Notes: a model not told the origin generated them from the sequence alone. A stretch of DNA of 64,000 bases from an uncultured Gemmatimonadaceae bacterium (GCA_963781585.1 CAWAGQ010000004.1:224001-288000); one strand, 5' to 3'. Numbered from the stretch's first letter, positions 21,806-34,020 are shown. Made by a program: numbers and translations.

Positions 21806-22990
21806 ATGGTCGTCACGAAACGCCGCCGCGCCATCATCGTTGGGCTGTCGCTCCTGTGGGCGGCCGGGCTCACGTCCTATGCGCCCACGTCGGGCGGGCT
21901 TCATGCCGCCGCGCTCGCGGGCGTGCCCACCGCCCAGGGCATCCCGGCGCGCCTCAGCGACCCGGTCTTCTGGCGGCTGGTCACCGAGTTCAGCGAGGAA
22001 GGCGGCTTCTTTCAATCCGACAACTTCGTTTCGAACGAGACGACGTATCAGCGGGTGATCCCCGAGCTGCAACGCATGCTGGGCCACGGCGGCGTGTACC
22101 TGGGCGTCGGCCCTGATCAGAATTTCACGTATATCGTGGCGCTGCAGCCGAGACTGTCGTTCATCGTCGACATTCGGCGCGGAGCGCTGCTGCAGCATCT
22201 GCTCTACAAGGCCCTGATCGAGATGTCGCGCGACCGCGCGGACTTCCTTTCGCTCCTGTTTTCGCGCCCACGTCCCCCCGGCGTCTCCGACACGGTATCA
22301 GCAACCGCGCTCCTCAAGGCGTTCTACCTCGAGTCGCCGGACAGCGCGAGCTACTACCGGAATCTCGACGCCGTGAAGAACCGGCTGGTCCGGATGCACG
22401 GATTCGCCCTGACCGGCGATGACTTCGCGAACATGGAGTACGTCTATACCTCTTTCTACAATGCGGGACCGGACATCACGTACAGCTATGGTTCCGGCCG
22501 CGGAGGGTTTGGCGGGCGGGGCATGCCGACGTTCGCGCAACTGATGGTCGAGGACGACGGCACCGGGACGCAACGCAGCTACCTGGCCACCGAAGAGAAC
22601 TTCCGCGTGCTGAGGGACCTGCAGTCGCGAAACCTGATCGTGCCGCTGGTCGGGAATTTCGCCGGACCCAAGGCCATCCGCGCGGTCGGCCAGTACCTGA
22701 AGGAGACTGGCGGCACGGTGAAGGCGTTCTATACCTCCAACGTCGAACAGTATCTGTTCCGCGATCCGGAGCAGTGGCGCGCCTTCTACTCGAGCGTGGC
22801 CGCGCTGCCCATCGACTCGTCGAGCACGTTCATTCGTGCCGCGTTCAACGGGATGGGCGGATTTCGCTCGTCGTACACGTCTCCCGGACCTCGATCGGTC
22901 ACCCTCCTCTGTCCCATCAACGTGCTGGTCAGGGCGTTCTACGACGGCCGCATTCAGCAGTATGGCGACGTGCTGAACATGTCCCGATAG
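21806..22990 (+). CDS. Conserved hypothetical exported protein (methyltransferase-like)
   Basis: SDNFVSNE, YLGVGPDQNFTYI, FYTSNVEQYLF motifs; signal-like N-terminus. Confidence 0.75.
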   Translation: MVVTKRRRAIIVGLSLLWAAGLTSYAPTSGGLHAAALAGVPTAQGIPARLSDPVFWRLVTEFSEEGGFFQSDNFVSNETTYQRVIPELQRMLGHGGVYLGVGPDQNFTYIVALQPRLSFIVDIRRGALLQHLLYKALIEMSRDRADFLSLLFSRPRPPGVSDTVSATALLKAFYLESPDSASYYRNLDAVKNRLVRMHGFALTGDDFANMEYVYTSFYNAGPDITYSYGSGRGGFGGRGMPTFAQLMVEDDGTGTQRSYLATEENFRVLRDLQSRNLIVPLVGNFAGPKAIRAVGQYLKETGGTVKAFYTSNVEQYLFRDPEQWRAFYSSVAALPIDSSSTFIRAAFNGMGGFRSSYTSPGPRSVTLLCPINVLVRAFYDGRIQQYGDVLNMSR

Positions 22991-22991
22991 C

Positions 22992-23022
22992 ACACGGGCG
23001 GGAGACCCACTCCCGCCCGTGT
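22992..23022. terminator. Hairpin between convergent genes
   Basis: ACACGGGCGGGAG-accca-CTCCCGCCCGTGT perfect 13-bp stem. Confidence 0.7.
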
Positions 23023-23056
23023 ACGTGCGCCGCCGGCCTCGCCCAATGTGGCAACC

Positions 23057-26000
23057 CTACCAGCCTGGCATCAGCTGGAAGCCCCACAGCGACGACTTCG
23101 TGGGACGCTGATAGGGATGCGCCCAGTAAGCTTCGAGCACCGCGAACCCGAGCACGTTGAAGCGCGCCGAGATCCCGGTACTGACCAGTGGCACACGGTC
23201 GGTGGTGTGCGAATCGAAGCGCCACGACTCCGGTCGAGACTGGCTCCACGCCGCGCCGACGTCCAGGAAGGGAGATACCTCGAGCGGCAGGAACGGGACG
23301 TTGAGCAGTCCGAAGCGTTCCGTCCCGAAGAGCGGGATACGGAACTCCATGTTGGCCACCGCCAGGCGGGTACCGCTCAGCCGATCGAATTCGGGACACG
23401 ACTGATCGTTCGGGCCGGTGGTGGTGCACTCACTCGGGTCGAAGCTCCAGACGTCGTAGCCGCGGATCAACCCCGGCTGTCCCACGTAGAGCGGATAGAG
23501 ACGGCCGTTGTCGGCATCAGAACCGTATCGCCCGTAACTGATCCCGCGCACGGCAAACGTGAATGGCCGCTTGAAGAAGTAACGCCGGTAGTCGGCGAGC
23601 AGGGTCGTGTAGTTGAGGGAGCCGACATTCGGCGAGACCTCGAAGCGATAGCGTCCGCCCGCAACCGGAGAGGTAAAGCCGAAGAACGAATAGTCGCCCA
23701 CGAACGCCGCCGATGCGGTGGCAAAATTGAGCCCGGTTCCCGCGGGAACTCCGCTCCGGCGCTCGTACACCTGGTTGCCGACATAGTAGAAGCTGTCCAC
23801 TTCGATGTCGAAGCTGATGCGCTGCACGCCGGCACTCAGCTCCAGACGCCGGGTCGTCGAGAGTGGATACTGGGTGATGAACGACAGGTTGTCGAAGAAT
23901 TCACGCTGGATGATCTGGGTGTACACATCCGCCGGGCCCAGATTCGTCTGCGCCACTCCGTAGGTCGCGTAGGCGCCGGCATACGGGACGTGATACGCCT
24001 CGACCCCCCAGTTCCAGCGGTGGGCGCGGTCCAGGTACATCACCTCGCCGCCGATGTCCTTCACGTTCCCCTGTGCCTGCAGCACGGTGTTGAAGATCTT
24101 GTTGCCGAGCATGTCGGAGAACCCCAGGGCCACGCCGCCGGCGAGCCCCGTGCCGTAGGCACCGCCGAACGACACGCCTACCGATGGGCCACCCACATAG
24201 TCGAGCGACAGTGCGCTGCTGTACGGGCGCGACGCTACGTGATGCGTCGCCGGCAGTCCGGTCTTCGGGTCCCGCAATGAACGAAGGACCGTGCTGGTGG
24301 CGACCGCCTCGGCCGGCGGCAGGATGCCCGGCGCGCCATCCGCGAGCGCCACGTTGAGTGACGTGCCGTCCGCCTGCGACGCGCTCATGGTGCGGATGCT
24401 GAACCCCTGCTTGTCGAAGACCGTGAACACGAGGTCCCCCGACTTGCGCGCCACCGAGAGTGTCGGCGAGAGGTAGGTGATGCCGCTCACCCCGGTCGAG
24501 ACCCGCGTCAGGCGGGACACGTCGCCGGTGGACAGCGAATACCGGTAGATGTCGCTCACCCCGTCCTGGTCCGACACGAAGTACAGCGTCCGACCATCGG
24601 GAGCGAATTGCGGATTGATCGACTTCCCCTCGCCGAACCGCGGCAGCAACCGGATCTCGCGCGATCTCAGGTCCAGCAGCGCCAACCGCATCGGGCCGAA
24701 GCGCAGATCCTGGAAATTCGTTTCGGGACCCGCGTCGGTGGTGAACGCCAGCGAGTTCCCGTCCGGGCTCCAGTTGGGCTGCAACTGCGCTTCGCGATCG
24801 TTTGTGAGCTGGGTGGTCTGCCGCGTGCGCAGGTCGTACAGATACAGGTCGCTGATGCCGCCGTGAATTCCGGCAAACGCCAGCCGCTGTCCGTCGGGGC
24901 TCCACGCCGGATCATTCAGCGCGCCTACCCCCGATATTCTGATCCGCTCTTCGATCCCCCCGTTGTCGATCCGCGCCACGTCGATCTCGTTGTCGCCATC
25001 CGCAAAGGTCACGAACGCCAGGCGCGTGCCGTCGGGGGACCAGCTTCCCGATGAACTGATGAAGCTCAGCTCGTCGAAGTGGGCATCACGCGTCACCGTG
25101 GTGATCTGCTTGACTATGCGGCCGGTCGCTGTTTCGGCCACGTACAAGTCCATCCCGAACAGGCTCCGGCTGGAAAAGAACGCCACGTACTTTCCGTCCG
25201 GACTCACCGTCGGCGACACATTCTGGTCGCCGTCCTTCTTCACGACCACCACCGGCTGCCCCACGTCGTTAGGTGCGGCCCGGCCGGCCAGCACCGGACC
25301 GTATTCCTTGCGGATCGCGGCCTTCCATTCCTTGCTGAGGGAATCGGAATTCACGCCCAGCGACCGGGTCAGAGCGCCTTCCCATCCGAGCTGCAGGGCC
25401 GAGCGGAACACCCGGCTCACCATCTCGTCGCCCCACACGCCGCCGATATATGCCCACAATGCCTCCCCGTAGCGGTATGGGAAGTAGCGGGGATCCGTGG
25501 TGAGCTGCTTGATCGAGGGCAGGTCGTCCCGACGCAGCGCGTCGCGCAGCCACATCGCGGTATTCGGATCGTCGCGGCCCAGACTCAGATACTCCGCCAT
25601 GCCCTCGATCAGCCAGAGGGGTATCTGCTCGACGTTCGCGATCCCCCCTCGGGTCGTCTCCGCGATCCGGTACTGGAAGACGTGCACCAGCTCGTGTCCG
25701 AGCACGTGATCGTTATCCGCGTACACGCCGGTGAATGGCATGATGACACGGTCCTTCGCGCCTTCGGTCACGCCGCCCGTGCCCTCGCCAATCAGCCCCT
25801 CGATCACGTTCGACTGCTGAAAGTCGGGCGGATCGGCGTACAGGATGATCGGATTCTTCTCGAATGTGAAATTCAGCAGCGCGCTGTGCCGGGCGTACCA
25901 TCGTTCGGCCATGCGCGCGGCGTCCGCTGTCGCCAGCGATTCGCTCGGATAGAAGAACAGGTTGTAGTGATCGCTCGGAAGAACGCGGAAATTGAACCGG

Positions 26001-26125
26001 TCATACTGAACCTTGTTCCGGCCGAAGGCCTGCGCCTCGGCGGTAGCCGTGCCGATCGACAATGCCATGATTCCCGCGACGACTGCGATGATAGCGTGCG
26101 ACGGACGCCTGCGAGGAGTGCGCAT
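23057..26125 (-). CDS. Zincin-like + TolB/PD40 propeller + Omp85(BamA/TamA)-type barrel protein
   Basis: HELVH and PLWLIEGMAEY, repeated WSPDG, C-terminal IRGYD and barrel strands; start MRTPRRR at 26125. Confidence 0.85.
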   Translation of the reverse strand: MRTPRRRPSHAIIAVVAGIMALSIGTATAEAQAFGRNKVQYDRFNFRVLPSDHYNLFFYPSESLATADAARMAERWYARHSALLNFTFEKNPIILYADPPDFQQSNVIEGLIGEGTGGVTEGAKDRVIMPFTGVYADNDHVLGHELVHVFQYRIAETTRGGIANVEQIPLWLIEGMAEYLSLGRDDPNTAMWLRDALRRDDLPSIKQLTTDPRYFPYRYGEALWAYIGGVWGDEMVSRVFRSALQLGWEGALTRSLGVNSDSLSKEWKAAIRKEYGPVLAGRAAPNDVGQPVVVVKKDGDQNVSPTVSPDGKYVAFFSSRSLFGMDLYVAETATGRIVKQITTVTRDAHFDELSFISSSGSWSPDGTRLAFVTFADGDNEIDVARIDNGGIEERIRISGVGALNDPAWSPDGQRLAFAGIHGGISDLYLYDLRTRQTTQLTNDREAQLQPNWSPDGNSLAFTTDAGPETNFQDLRFGPMRLALLDLRSREIRLLPRFGEGKSINPQFAPDGRTLYFVSDQDGVSDIYRYSLSTGDVSRLTRVSTGVSGITYLSPTLSVARKSGDLVFTVFDKQGFSIRTMSASQADGTSLNVALADGAPGILPPAEAVATSTVLRSLRDPKTGLPATHHVASRPYSSALSLDYVGGPSVGVSFGGAYGTGLAGGVALGFSDMLGNKIFNTVLQAQGNVKDIGGEVMYLDRAHRWNWGVEAYHVPYAGAYATYGVAQTNLGPADVYTQIIQREFFDNLSFITQYPLSTTRRLELSAGVQRISFDIEVDSFYYVGNQVYERRSGVPAGTGLNFATASAAFVGDYSFFGFTSPVAGGRYRFEVSPNVGSLNYTTLLADYRRYFFKRPFTFAVRGISYGRYGSDADNGRLYPLYVGQPGLIRGYDVWSFDPSECTTTGPNDQSCPEFDRLSGTRLAVANMEFRIPLFGTERFGLLNVPFLPLEVSPFLDVGAAWSQSRPESWRFDSHTTDRVPLVSTGISARFNVLGFAVLEAYWAHPYQRPTKSSLWGFQLMPGW

Positions 26126-26364
26126 GGTGAGTTCGGAAAGATGAGTCGGCGAAACGCCCTCGGATACGAGTGTGCGCCTTGTACCCGCGGCACCCGTCAA
26201 AGTGCGGCTCCGCAGCGCGTCGCATCGCATCCGTGGTCTCATACCGTACTCGACACCCGGAGAGCCTCGCACCCTAGGACGCGACGCCGCGATTCCAGAC
26301 AGGCCGACCGGTCGAGCGCGACGAAGCGACGTAGCCGGTCGGTCGATTCGCCCGGCGATGGCGC

Positions 26365-27279
26365 CTACTTCGGCCACTTCGCCCAGAGGCCGCAGAACCC
26401 TGCCTTGTCCGTTCCCTGCAGCGCGTGCACGGCTCCGTTGTACAACGGGTTCATCACTGCCAGCGGTGCCCAATGCGGCTTTCCGTTGGCGACAGTCACG
26501 AACAGCTTGCCGTAGTGCTCGAGGTCGAGCGCGTGACCGGTTTCGTGCAGCGCGACCGCCTCCACGTCGATCAGGGGCCAGAGCGCATCGATCGCCCACG
26601 GCCAGTCGCTGTTGTAATAGGTCTCGGCGAAGAACTCGTCGAACTTGCCGTCGCGGTTGTCGTCCGAGAGGAAGTAGAACGTGAACGTGATCCCCAACCA
26701 ATCTCCCGCGACAATGCTCCCCGGCAACCACCCCGCGTGCGTGAAGTCCGCCGCTGGCGCTGGCGAGCCGCCCATTCCCAGGAGATACCGCACGACCCCG
26801 AGCTCGACGCCCGGCTGGTTGGGCATTCGGGTGATCGGAATGTGTCCGCACGCAAGGCTGTTCCAGGTTCCGACCGCCCGGTCAATGGCCGCGGTTGTCG
26901 CACCCGTCGACGGCCCGCCCGGCGCGCCGTCAACCTGGTCTACCGCATAGGTGAGATATGCGCGCCCACCGCGGCGGGGATCGCCGCTCATCCACCGAAA
27001 CGCGGCCGATTTCCCACCAACCAGCTTGAACAGTACACTGCGCCCCGATGAGTTCGCGCCGACCCACTGAGCCCGTCCCATTCGGTACGCCGCGCCCGAC
27101 GCCGCGAGCTTGTCGTTGACCCGGACCATGATCGTCTGCAGGTCGACGTCCATTTGATCTGTGGCGACAACCGACGCCGATCCGCCGCCACGCGGTGGCC
27201 CGGAGGGATCCACGCAGCCGGACTGAAGCATGGCCACGCAGCACGCAACAGCGAGGGGGCGCAGTGGCGATCTGGACAT
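26365..27279 (-). CDS. Matrixin-like metzincin metalloprotease, possible lipoprotein
   Basis: HETGHALDLEH zinc motif, AVMNP Met-turn, lipobox-like QSGC. Confidence 0.8.
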   Translation of the reverse strand: MSRSPLRPLAVACCVAMLQSGCVDPSGPPRGGGSASVVATDQMDVDLQTIMVRVNDKLAASGAAYRMGRAQWVGANSSGRSVLFKLVGGKSAAFRWMSGDPRRGGRAYLTYAVDQVDGAPGGPSTGATTAAIDRAVGTWNSLACGHIPITRMPNQPGVELGVVRYLLGMGGSPAPAADFTHAGWLPGSIVAGDWLGITFTFYFLSDDNRDGKFDEFFAETYYNSDWPWAIDALWPLIDVEAVALHETGHALDLEHYGKLFVTVANGKPHWAPLAVMNPLYNGAVHALQGTDKAGFCGLWAKWPK

Positions 27280-27432
27280 GAGGTCTCCCGTTAGGCCGTG
27301 GACCGGCGCGTGCGCGCTGTCGTCCCGACAGCGGGGGGATGGGACGCGCGGCGAACAGGTGAAGGAAGCGGCGCGCCCAACCTGCAATGCACTGCATCCG
27401 CCGTCAACGGTGAAGCCCCTCACACGATCGCG

Positions 27433-27849
27433 CTACCCCGCGTCCAGAAACCGCGCCCGGTTCTCGGCGGGCGGGAGGGGACAAGCCTTGAGTCTTCCGA
27501 AGAGCGCGGTCCGATGGCGCGCGACCGCGTCATATGCGGCGTCGCGCCAGGCGTGCGGGATCACTGCCGCGAGGTGCGCGAGCAGGCGCCACGGCTGCCC
27601 CGCGCCGAGCCCGATGGCCAGCACGCCGTCGGAGCGCGTCACAACGGCCTCACGTGCCGTATTGAAGTCACGGACGACGATTACCGAGTCGATCCCGCGC
27701 AAGCCCGGATGGCGAGCGAGCACGGCCTTCGCGATTCCACTGTCCAGTGCGGCGAACGCGAACACCTGACGTCTGTCGCGACGGAGGGCCCAGCGCACGG
27801 ACGCGTTGCAAAGCGCACAGAGATTGTCGTAGAGCACGAGGTTCTGCAC
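27433..27849 (-). CDS. DCC1/DUF393-like thiol-disulfide oxidoreductase
   Basis: YDNLCALC motif; RDAAYDAVARHR. Confidence 0.85.
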   Translation of the reverse strand: MQNLVLYDNLCALCNASVRWALRRDRRQVFAFAALDSGIAKAVLARHPGLRGIDSVIVVRDFNTAREAVVTRSDGVLAIGLGAGQPWRLLAHLAAVIPHAWRDAAYDAVARHRTALFGRLKACPLPPAENRARFLDAG

Positions 27850-28029
27850 CCGGCGAATCCGGTTAAGCGGCTCTAACTAGTATAGTTGTGCGCAGAGCGC
27901 GGGAGGGTGTGCCGGAGCACATGGCAGTTGTGCAGGTATTTGCCTTCACGCATACTGTTGCGTCGAGACCATGAGTCGATCGGGCGTGCCGAGGTGCGGC
28001 CCGTCCCTCCTCGGAGTACGGGAGTGGCA

Positions 28030-28416
28030 GTGGGGACTCTGGCGTTCCGCGATGGCGTAATGGACCAGATCAGAGTGCGCGAGTCTCGCTTCGACGAGTC
28101 CGCGTACGTGTTCGTGCTGATGGCCCTGGAGTTCCTGCAGTCCCGACTGCCGGAGCGCCGACACGTCGACGGCCGTGAGCTGGCGCGTGCCGTGCGTGAC
28201 CTCGCGCTCGAACAGTACGGCGTGATGTCGCGCCTCGTACTCGAGCACTGGGGTCTGCGTTCCACGTCGGACGTTGGGGACGTGGTGTTCGCACTGGTCG
28301 ACGCCGGACTGCTCATGAGTCAGCCGTCCGATACCCGGAGGGATTTCGTCGACGTATACGATTTCGACCAGGCGTTCGGCGCCTCCTATCCGTGGAGTGC
28401 CGGACACCTTGGCTGA
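28030..28416 (+). CDS. Conserved hypothetical protein (Minf_1886-like)
   Basis: AYVFVLMAL, RHVDGREL, HWGLRSTSDVGDVVF pattern; start uncertain. Confidence 0.7.
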   Translation: MGTLAFRDGVMDQIRVRESRFDESAYVFVLMALEFLQSRLPERRHVDGRELARAVRDLALEQYGVMSRLVLEHWGLRSTSDVGDVVFALVDAGLLMSQPSDTRRDFVDVYDFDQAFGASYPWSAGHLG

Positions 28417-28474
28417 CGCCGCGCGGTCCGCACCGCGCAACGGCACAACGGGCGATTCTCGCGAGGAGGCGATC

Positions 28475-28672
28475 GTGGTGCAGGTGACGGAATTGCCGAA
28501 CTGTCGCAAATGCGGAAATGGTCAGCTGCTTCCTCTGAGCGACTACGGTCGTGACGGGGCACCGATCACGTTCAAGGCGTGGGTGTGCAGCAACCCGGAC
28601 TGCGGGTTCAACATCCGGATCGACAACGGCGAGATCAGCTTCGGTCGCGCGCTCGGCCAGTCACACAAGTAA
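28475..28672 (+). CDS. Small zinc-ribbon protein
   Basis: CRKC...CSNPDC; GAGGAGG RBS. Confidence 0.7.
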   Translation: MVQVTELPNCRKCGNGQLLPLSDYGRDGAPITFKAWVCSNPDCGFNIRIDNGEISFGRALGQSHK

Positions 28673-28705
28673 TCGGAGCCGCTCGCCGCGGGCCCGAGGA
28701 GTCCG

Positions 28706-30244
28706 ATGAGCGTGCGCGTGGTTACCGCAGCCCAGTCTGCCTCACGGGACGCGGCCGCGATCGAGGCCGGCACGCCGTCGCGGAGCCTCATGGAGAACGC
28801 CGGCGCCGCTGCTGCCGGCGTCATCAGACGGCGATTCGGACCGCACCTCGGCGATGGCGTAGCGATCTTCGCCGGCCCCGGCAACAATGGCGGCGACGCC
28901 TGGGTGGTGGCCCGGCACCTGGCGGCATCCGGTTGTGCCGTACGCGTGGTAGAGGCCGGCGAGAGCCGTACCGGCGATGCCGCCGCGGCCCGCCAGGCGG
29001 CGCTGGGCCATGTCTCGTTAGGCGATCCCACAGGACGCGAACGCGTGGTGGTCGATGGGCTCCTCGGGACGGGGTCGCGCGGTGCGCCGAGGGGGCCGGT
29101 TGCCGGCGCGGTGGACCGCGTGCGCCGCCTGCGCGCCGATGGCGCTGCCGTGGTGGCACTGGACGTTCCCACCGGCATCGACGCGTCGAACGGCGCCGCG
29201 GCCGGAAACGTCGATGCCGACGTGACCGTGACGTTCGGCGCGATCAAGCGCGGGCACCTCGTGGCGCGCGGCCAATGCGGCGCCGTGGTCGTGGTCGACA
29301 TCGGACTTGGTGACTGCGCGGAGCTCGACGACGGCGCTCCCCGGTTGATCGACGAGGCCTGGGTCGCCGGGCGTATCCCGCCGATTCCGGCTGAGGCACA
29401 CAAGGGAGTTCGGCGGCGCATTGCCATCGCAGGGGGTGGCGCGGGCATGGCCGGCGCCTGCATCCTCGCCGCGCGGGCCGCCATGCGAAGCGGCGTCGGG
29501 ATGGTGCGACTGGTCGTCGAGAAGGCGTCCCTCGCTGCCGTGCAGAGCGCGGCGGTCGAGGCCACCGCCGCCACCTGGCCGATGGCCGATGCCGGATTCG
29601 GGAGCCAGGTCGCCGACTATGCCCACGCCGTGCTTGCGGGTCCCGGCCTGGGTCATGCGGCCGCGCAGCGTGCCTTCCTGGAGCAACTGCTCACCGCATG
29701 GCGCGGCCCGACGGTGCTCGACGCGGACGCGCTCAACATCTTCGCCGGCGAGGTGCCCGCGCTGGCGCGCCTCCTCGGCGGCCGGCCCACCATCATCACA
29801 CCGCACCCGGGCGAGCTGGGACGCCTGATCGGACTTTCCACGGACGAGGTGGTGACCCAACGATTCGAGGTGGGGAAGGAAATCGCACGCGACCTGCGCG
29901 CCGTGGTACTGCTGAAAGGCGTGCCGACGGTGGTGTTCGCCCCGGATGGCGAGATCCTCGTGAGCGCGGCGGGAACACCGGCGCTGGCCGCGGCCGGGAG
30001 CGGGGACGTGCTTGGCGGCATCGTGACGACCCTGCTGGCGCAGAGCGGCGAGGCGTTCATCAGCGCTGCGTGCGCGGCATGGGCGCACGGGCGCGCGGCT
30101 GAACTGGCCAACGCCGGACGCCCTGTGCGCGGCGTCGTCCTCGACGACGTCGTTGGCGCGCTGGCGGACGTCTGGCGCTTCGATGGGGCGCGGCCCGAAC
30201 CGCCGGTGATGGCCGAGCTGCCGCGGGTGGGCGATGGGCCGTGA
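28706..30244 (+). CDS. nnr: Bifunctional NAD(P)H-hydrate epimerase/dehydratase
   Basis: LMENAG, GPGNNGGD, DVPTG, LDADAL, TPHPGE, AGSGDVL motifs. Confidence 0.93.
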   Translation: MSVRVVTAAQSASRDAAAIEAGTPSRSLMENAGAAAAGVIRRRFGPHLGDGVAIFAGPGNNGGDAWVVARHLAASGCAVRVVEAGESRTGDAAAARQAALGHVSLGDPTGRERVVVDGLLGTGSRGAPRGPVAGAVDRVRRLRADGAAVVALDVPTGIDASNGAAAGNVDADVTVTFGAIKRGHLVARGQCGAVVVVDIGLGDCAELDDGAPRLIDEAWVAGRIPPIPAEAHKGVRRRIAIAGGGAGMAGACILAARAAMRSGVGMVRLVVEKASLAAVQSAAVEATAATWPMADAGFGSQVADYAHAVLAGPGLGHAAAQRAFLEQLLTAWRGPTVLDADALNIFAGEVPALARLLGGRPTIITPHPGELGRLIGLSTDEVVTQRFEVGKEIARDLRAVVLLKGVPTVVFAPDGEILVSAAGTPALAAAGSGDVLGGIVTTLLAQSGEAFISAACAAWAHGRAAELANAGRPVRGVVLDDVVGALADVWRFDGARPEPPVMAELPRVGDGP

Positions 30245-30281
30245 CAGCGGGCCCGGGGCACCTGACCGGGAGTCGTTAGGC

Positions 30282-31244
30282 ATGACCGATCGAACGCCGG
30301 TGGCATCGGGGAACGTCCCGATGGGCCCGGGCCGCGAATTCGACCTCATTCGCGAGCTGGCCGCGCGGTGGGGCGAACGCGCCCGTGGCATCGGCGACGA
30401 CGCCGCGGTACTGGACGTTCCCCCCGGCAGTCACCTTGTGGCGAGCACCGACACGTCGGTGGAAGGCGTGCATTTTCGCCGCGTCTGGCTCACTCCGCGC
30501 GAAATCGGCTATCGCTGCTGCGCGGCTGCCCTGAGCGACCTGGCCGCGATGGCCGCGGCGCCGCTGGGCATGCTCGTGGCGCTGACCGTATCCCCCGACT
30601 GGCTCGCCCACGCCGGGTCCCTCGCCGATGGGATGGGAGATGCGGCGGCCGCCGAGCGGTGTCCGATCGTTGGCGGCGACGTCACCGCTGGCGATCGCCT
30701 GAGCCTGACGGTCACGGTGCTCGGCCACGCATCCAGGCCGGTCGGGCGACGTGGAGCGCGTCCCGGCGACGCGCTATTCGTCACCGGGCGCCTGGGTGGA
30801 CCAGGAGCGGCGCTGGCCGCGCTGCGAGCCGGTCAGAGCCCGTCGCCGCCGCACCGCGAGCGCTTCGCGCATCCGGTGCCGCGCATTGGCGAAGCGCGCT
30901 GGCTGGCTGAGCGCGGCGCCACGGCGATGATCGACATCTCCGACGGACTGTCGTCGGAGTTGCGTCATCTGGCGGCCGCCGGAGTGGTCGCCCTGGACAT
31001 CGACCTCGACACCATGCCCGTCGTGGACGACGTGCTGACGCGCGATGCGGCCGTGAGTGGCGAGGAGTACGAGCTGCTCTGTGCGGCTCCGCCGGACATC
31101 GACACCGCGGCGTTCGGCCGGACATTCGGTATCCCGCTTACGATGGTGGGTCGTGTGGCGGCCGACCGTGGGCCCGAGGTTCGCGTGACGCAGGGAGGTC
31201 GTCGCGTTGACCTCCCGGGGGGGTACGATCAGCTTTCGGGGTAA
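30282..31244 (+). CDS. thiL: Thiamine-monophosphate kinase
   Basis: EFDLI, GIGDDAA, LSDLAAM, GGD, IDISDGL, GEEYEL motifs. Confidence 0.93.
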   Translation: MTDRTPVASGNVPMGPGREFDLIRELAARWGERARGIGDDAAVLDVPPGSHLVASTDTSVEGVHFRRVWLTPREIGYRCCAAALSDLAAMAAAPLGMLVALTVSPDWLAHAGSLADGMGDAAAAERCPIVGGDVTAGDRLSLTVTVLGHASRPVGRRGARPGDALFVTGRLGGPGAALAALRAGQSPSPPHRERFAHPVPRIGEARWLAERGATAMIDISDGLSSELRHLAAAGVVALDIDLDTMPVVDDVLTRDAAVSGEEYELLCAAPPDIDTAAFGRTFGIPLTMVGRVAADRGPEVRVTQGGRRVDLPGGYDQLSG

Positions 31245-32098
31245 TGCGAACGGTCCTGGTGGTGCTCGCGCTGATCGTACTCACGCCACTGCTTGGATCG
31301 CTCGTGATCGTGGCGGCGTTGCTGGGGGTGAAGGATCGCGAGGGGGGCGTATTCGAGTGGGCGCCGCGCCTGTGGTCGAAGTCGCTGCTGGCCATGGCGG
31401 GAGTGCGGGTGGTCCTGCACGATGCGCACCGCATGGATCGCTCCGAACCGCGCATCTACGTCTCGAACCACGTCAGCTGGTTCGACGTGCTGACGCTGGC
31501 CGCCGTGCTGCCGCGGTACAAGTTCGTGGGAAAGGCGGAGCTCTTCCGCATTCCGCTCTTTGGGGCCGCGGCGCGGGCCACCGGGATGGTCCCCATCGAG
31601 CGGGCGAATCGGAAGGCGGCCTTTCACTCGTACGAGGTGGCGGCCTCCCGCATCCGGGGAGGGGCGTCGGTTGTCGTGTTTCCCGAGGGAACGCGCGGCC
31701 GCACGTACGCGCTGCGGCCATTCAAGAAGGGCCCGTTCGTTCTCGCCGCTTCGGCACAGGCGCCGATCATTCCGACCGTGGTGCACGGGACCATTCACGT
31801 GCTTCCCCGTGGTTCATTGCGCGCGCGCGCCGGGACCATCCACGTGCGGTTTCTCGAGCCCATTGCAACCAGCGGCATGACGTACGACGACCGCGATCGT
31901 CTGTCGGTCGAATGCTGGGACCGGATGGCGGAAGCGCTTCGCCGCGAGTACGGTGTGGACAGCGTGTCGCCTCACGAAGAGAATGATCAGGAGAACGGGA
32001 GGCGGACGATGTCGGGAAGAGCCAGGGGAGTAGGGAGGGGGAGGGACCGAGCGAAGAATCCGGCCACCGTCGATCCGCCGCGTTCGAGCGAGACCTAG
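31244..32098 (+). CDS. plsC: 1-acyl-sn-glycerol-3-phosphate acyltransferase
   Basis: NHVSWFD, FPEGTR, PFKKG motifs. Confidence 0.9.
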   Translation: MRTVLVVLALIVLTPLLGSLVIVAALLGVKDREGGVFEWAPRLWSKSLLAMAGVRVVLHDAHRMDRSEPRIYVSNHVSWFDVLTLAAVLPRYKFVGKAELFRIPLFGAAARATGMVPIERANRKAAFHSYEVAASRIRGGASVVVFPEGTRGRTYALRPFKKGPFVLAASAQAPIIPTVVHGTIHVLPRGSLRARAGTIHVRFLEPIATSGMTYDDRDRLSVECWDRMAEALRREYGVDSVSPHEENDQENGRRTMSGRARGVGRGRDRAKNPATVDPPRSSET

Positions 32099-33427
<1,329 letters not shown>

Positions 33428-33520
33428 CCGCACGAATGGGGTCGCGCGACGCCCCGCGCCTGTGCGCCGGGGACTTTCTGCTGACGCGGCCGTGGTGCCC
33501 CCGACTCGCGTTCCCTCGTC

Positions 33521-33820
33521 ATGAAACGCTACGTCGTCTGGTCCGCAATCGCCCTGGCCGTGCTACTGGCGGTCCAGTGGGGAGAATACTCCACGCTCGA
33601 TCTCGTGCGGCAGCGCACGCGCTCGAACGAGCTCGAGCACGCGATCGACTCGCTCAAGCACGATGTGGATTCGCTGGCCCGGCTCAAGCAACGCATCCTC
33701 ACCGATCCGGCCACGCAGGAACGCATCGCGCGCGAGGATTTCGGGATGGTGCGTGGCGATCACGAGTTGTTGTATCGGTTCGCGGACCGCGATTCGGCCG
33801 CGCCCAAGTCACGACGCTGA
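33521..33820 (+). CDS. ftsB: Septum formation initiator (FtsB/DivIC family)
   Basis: N-terminal TM, coiled coil, ERIAREDFGM; downstream of eno. Confidence 0.8.
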   Translation: MKRYVVWSAIALAVLLAVQWGEYSTLDLVRQRTRSNELEHAIDSLKHDVDSLARLKQRILTDPATQERIAREDFGMVRGDHELLYRFADRDSAAPKSRR

Positions 33821-33834
33821 CGTCGGTTGCGGTC

Positions 33835-33862
33835 TTGACTTGAACGCGTGGGCTTCTAGATT
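33835..33862 (+). promoter_or_regulatory. Sigma70-like promoter for tRNA-fMet
   Basis: TTGACT-16bp-TAGATT immediately upstream of the tRNA. Confidence 0.55.
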
Positions 33863-33874
33863 CACGGACACTGA

Positions 33875-33948
<74 letters not shown>

Positions 33949-33977
33949 CTGTCGCCAATCGACTGAGGCGATCTGTC

Positions 33978-34008
33978 AACGGGGCGCCCCTCCACGGGGC
34001 GCCCCGTT
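33978..34008. terminator. Bidirectional hairpin
   Basis: AACGGGGCGCCCC-tccac-GGGGCGCCCCGTT between the tRNA and a convergent gene. Confidence 0.7.
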
Positions 34009-34020
34009 AGGCTTCAGGGC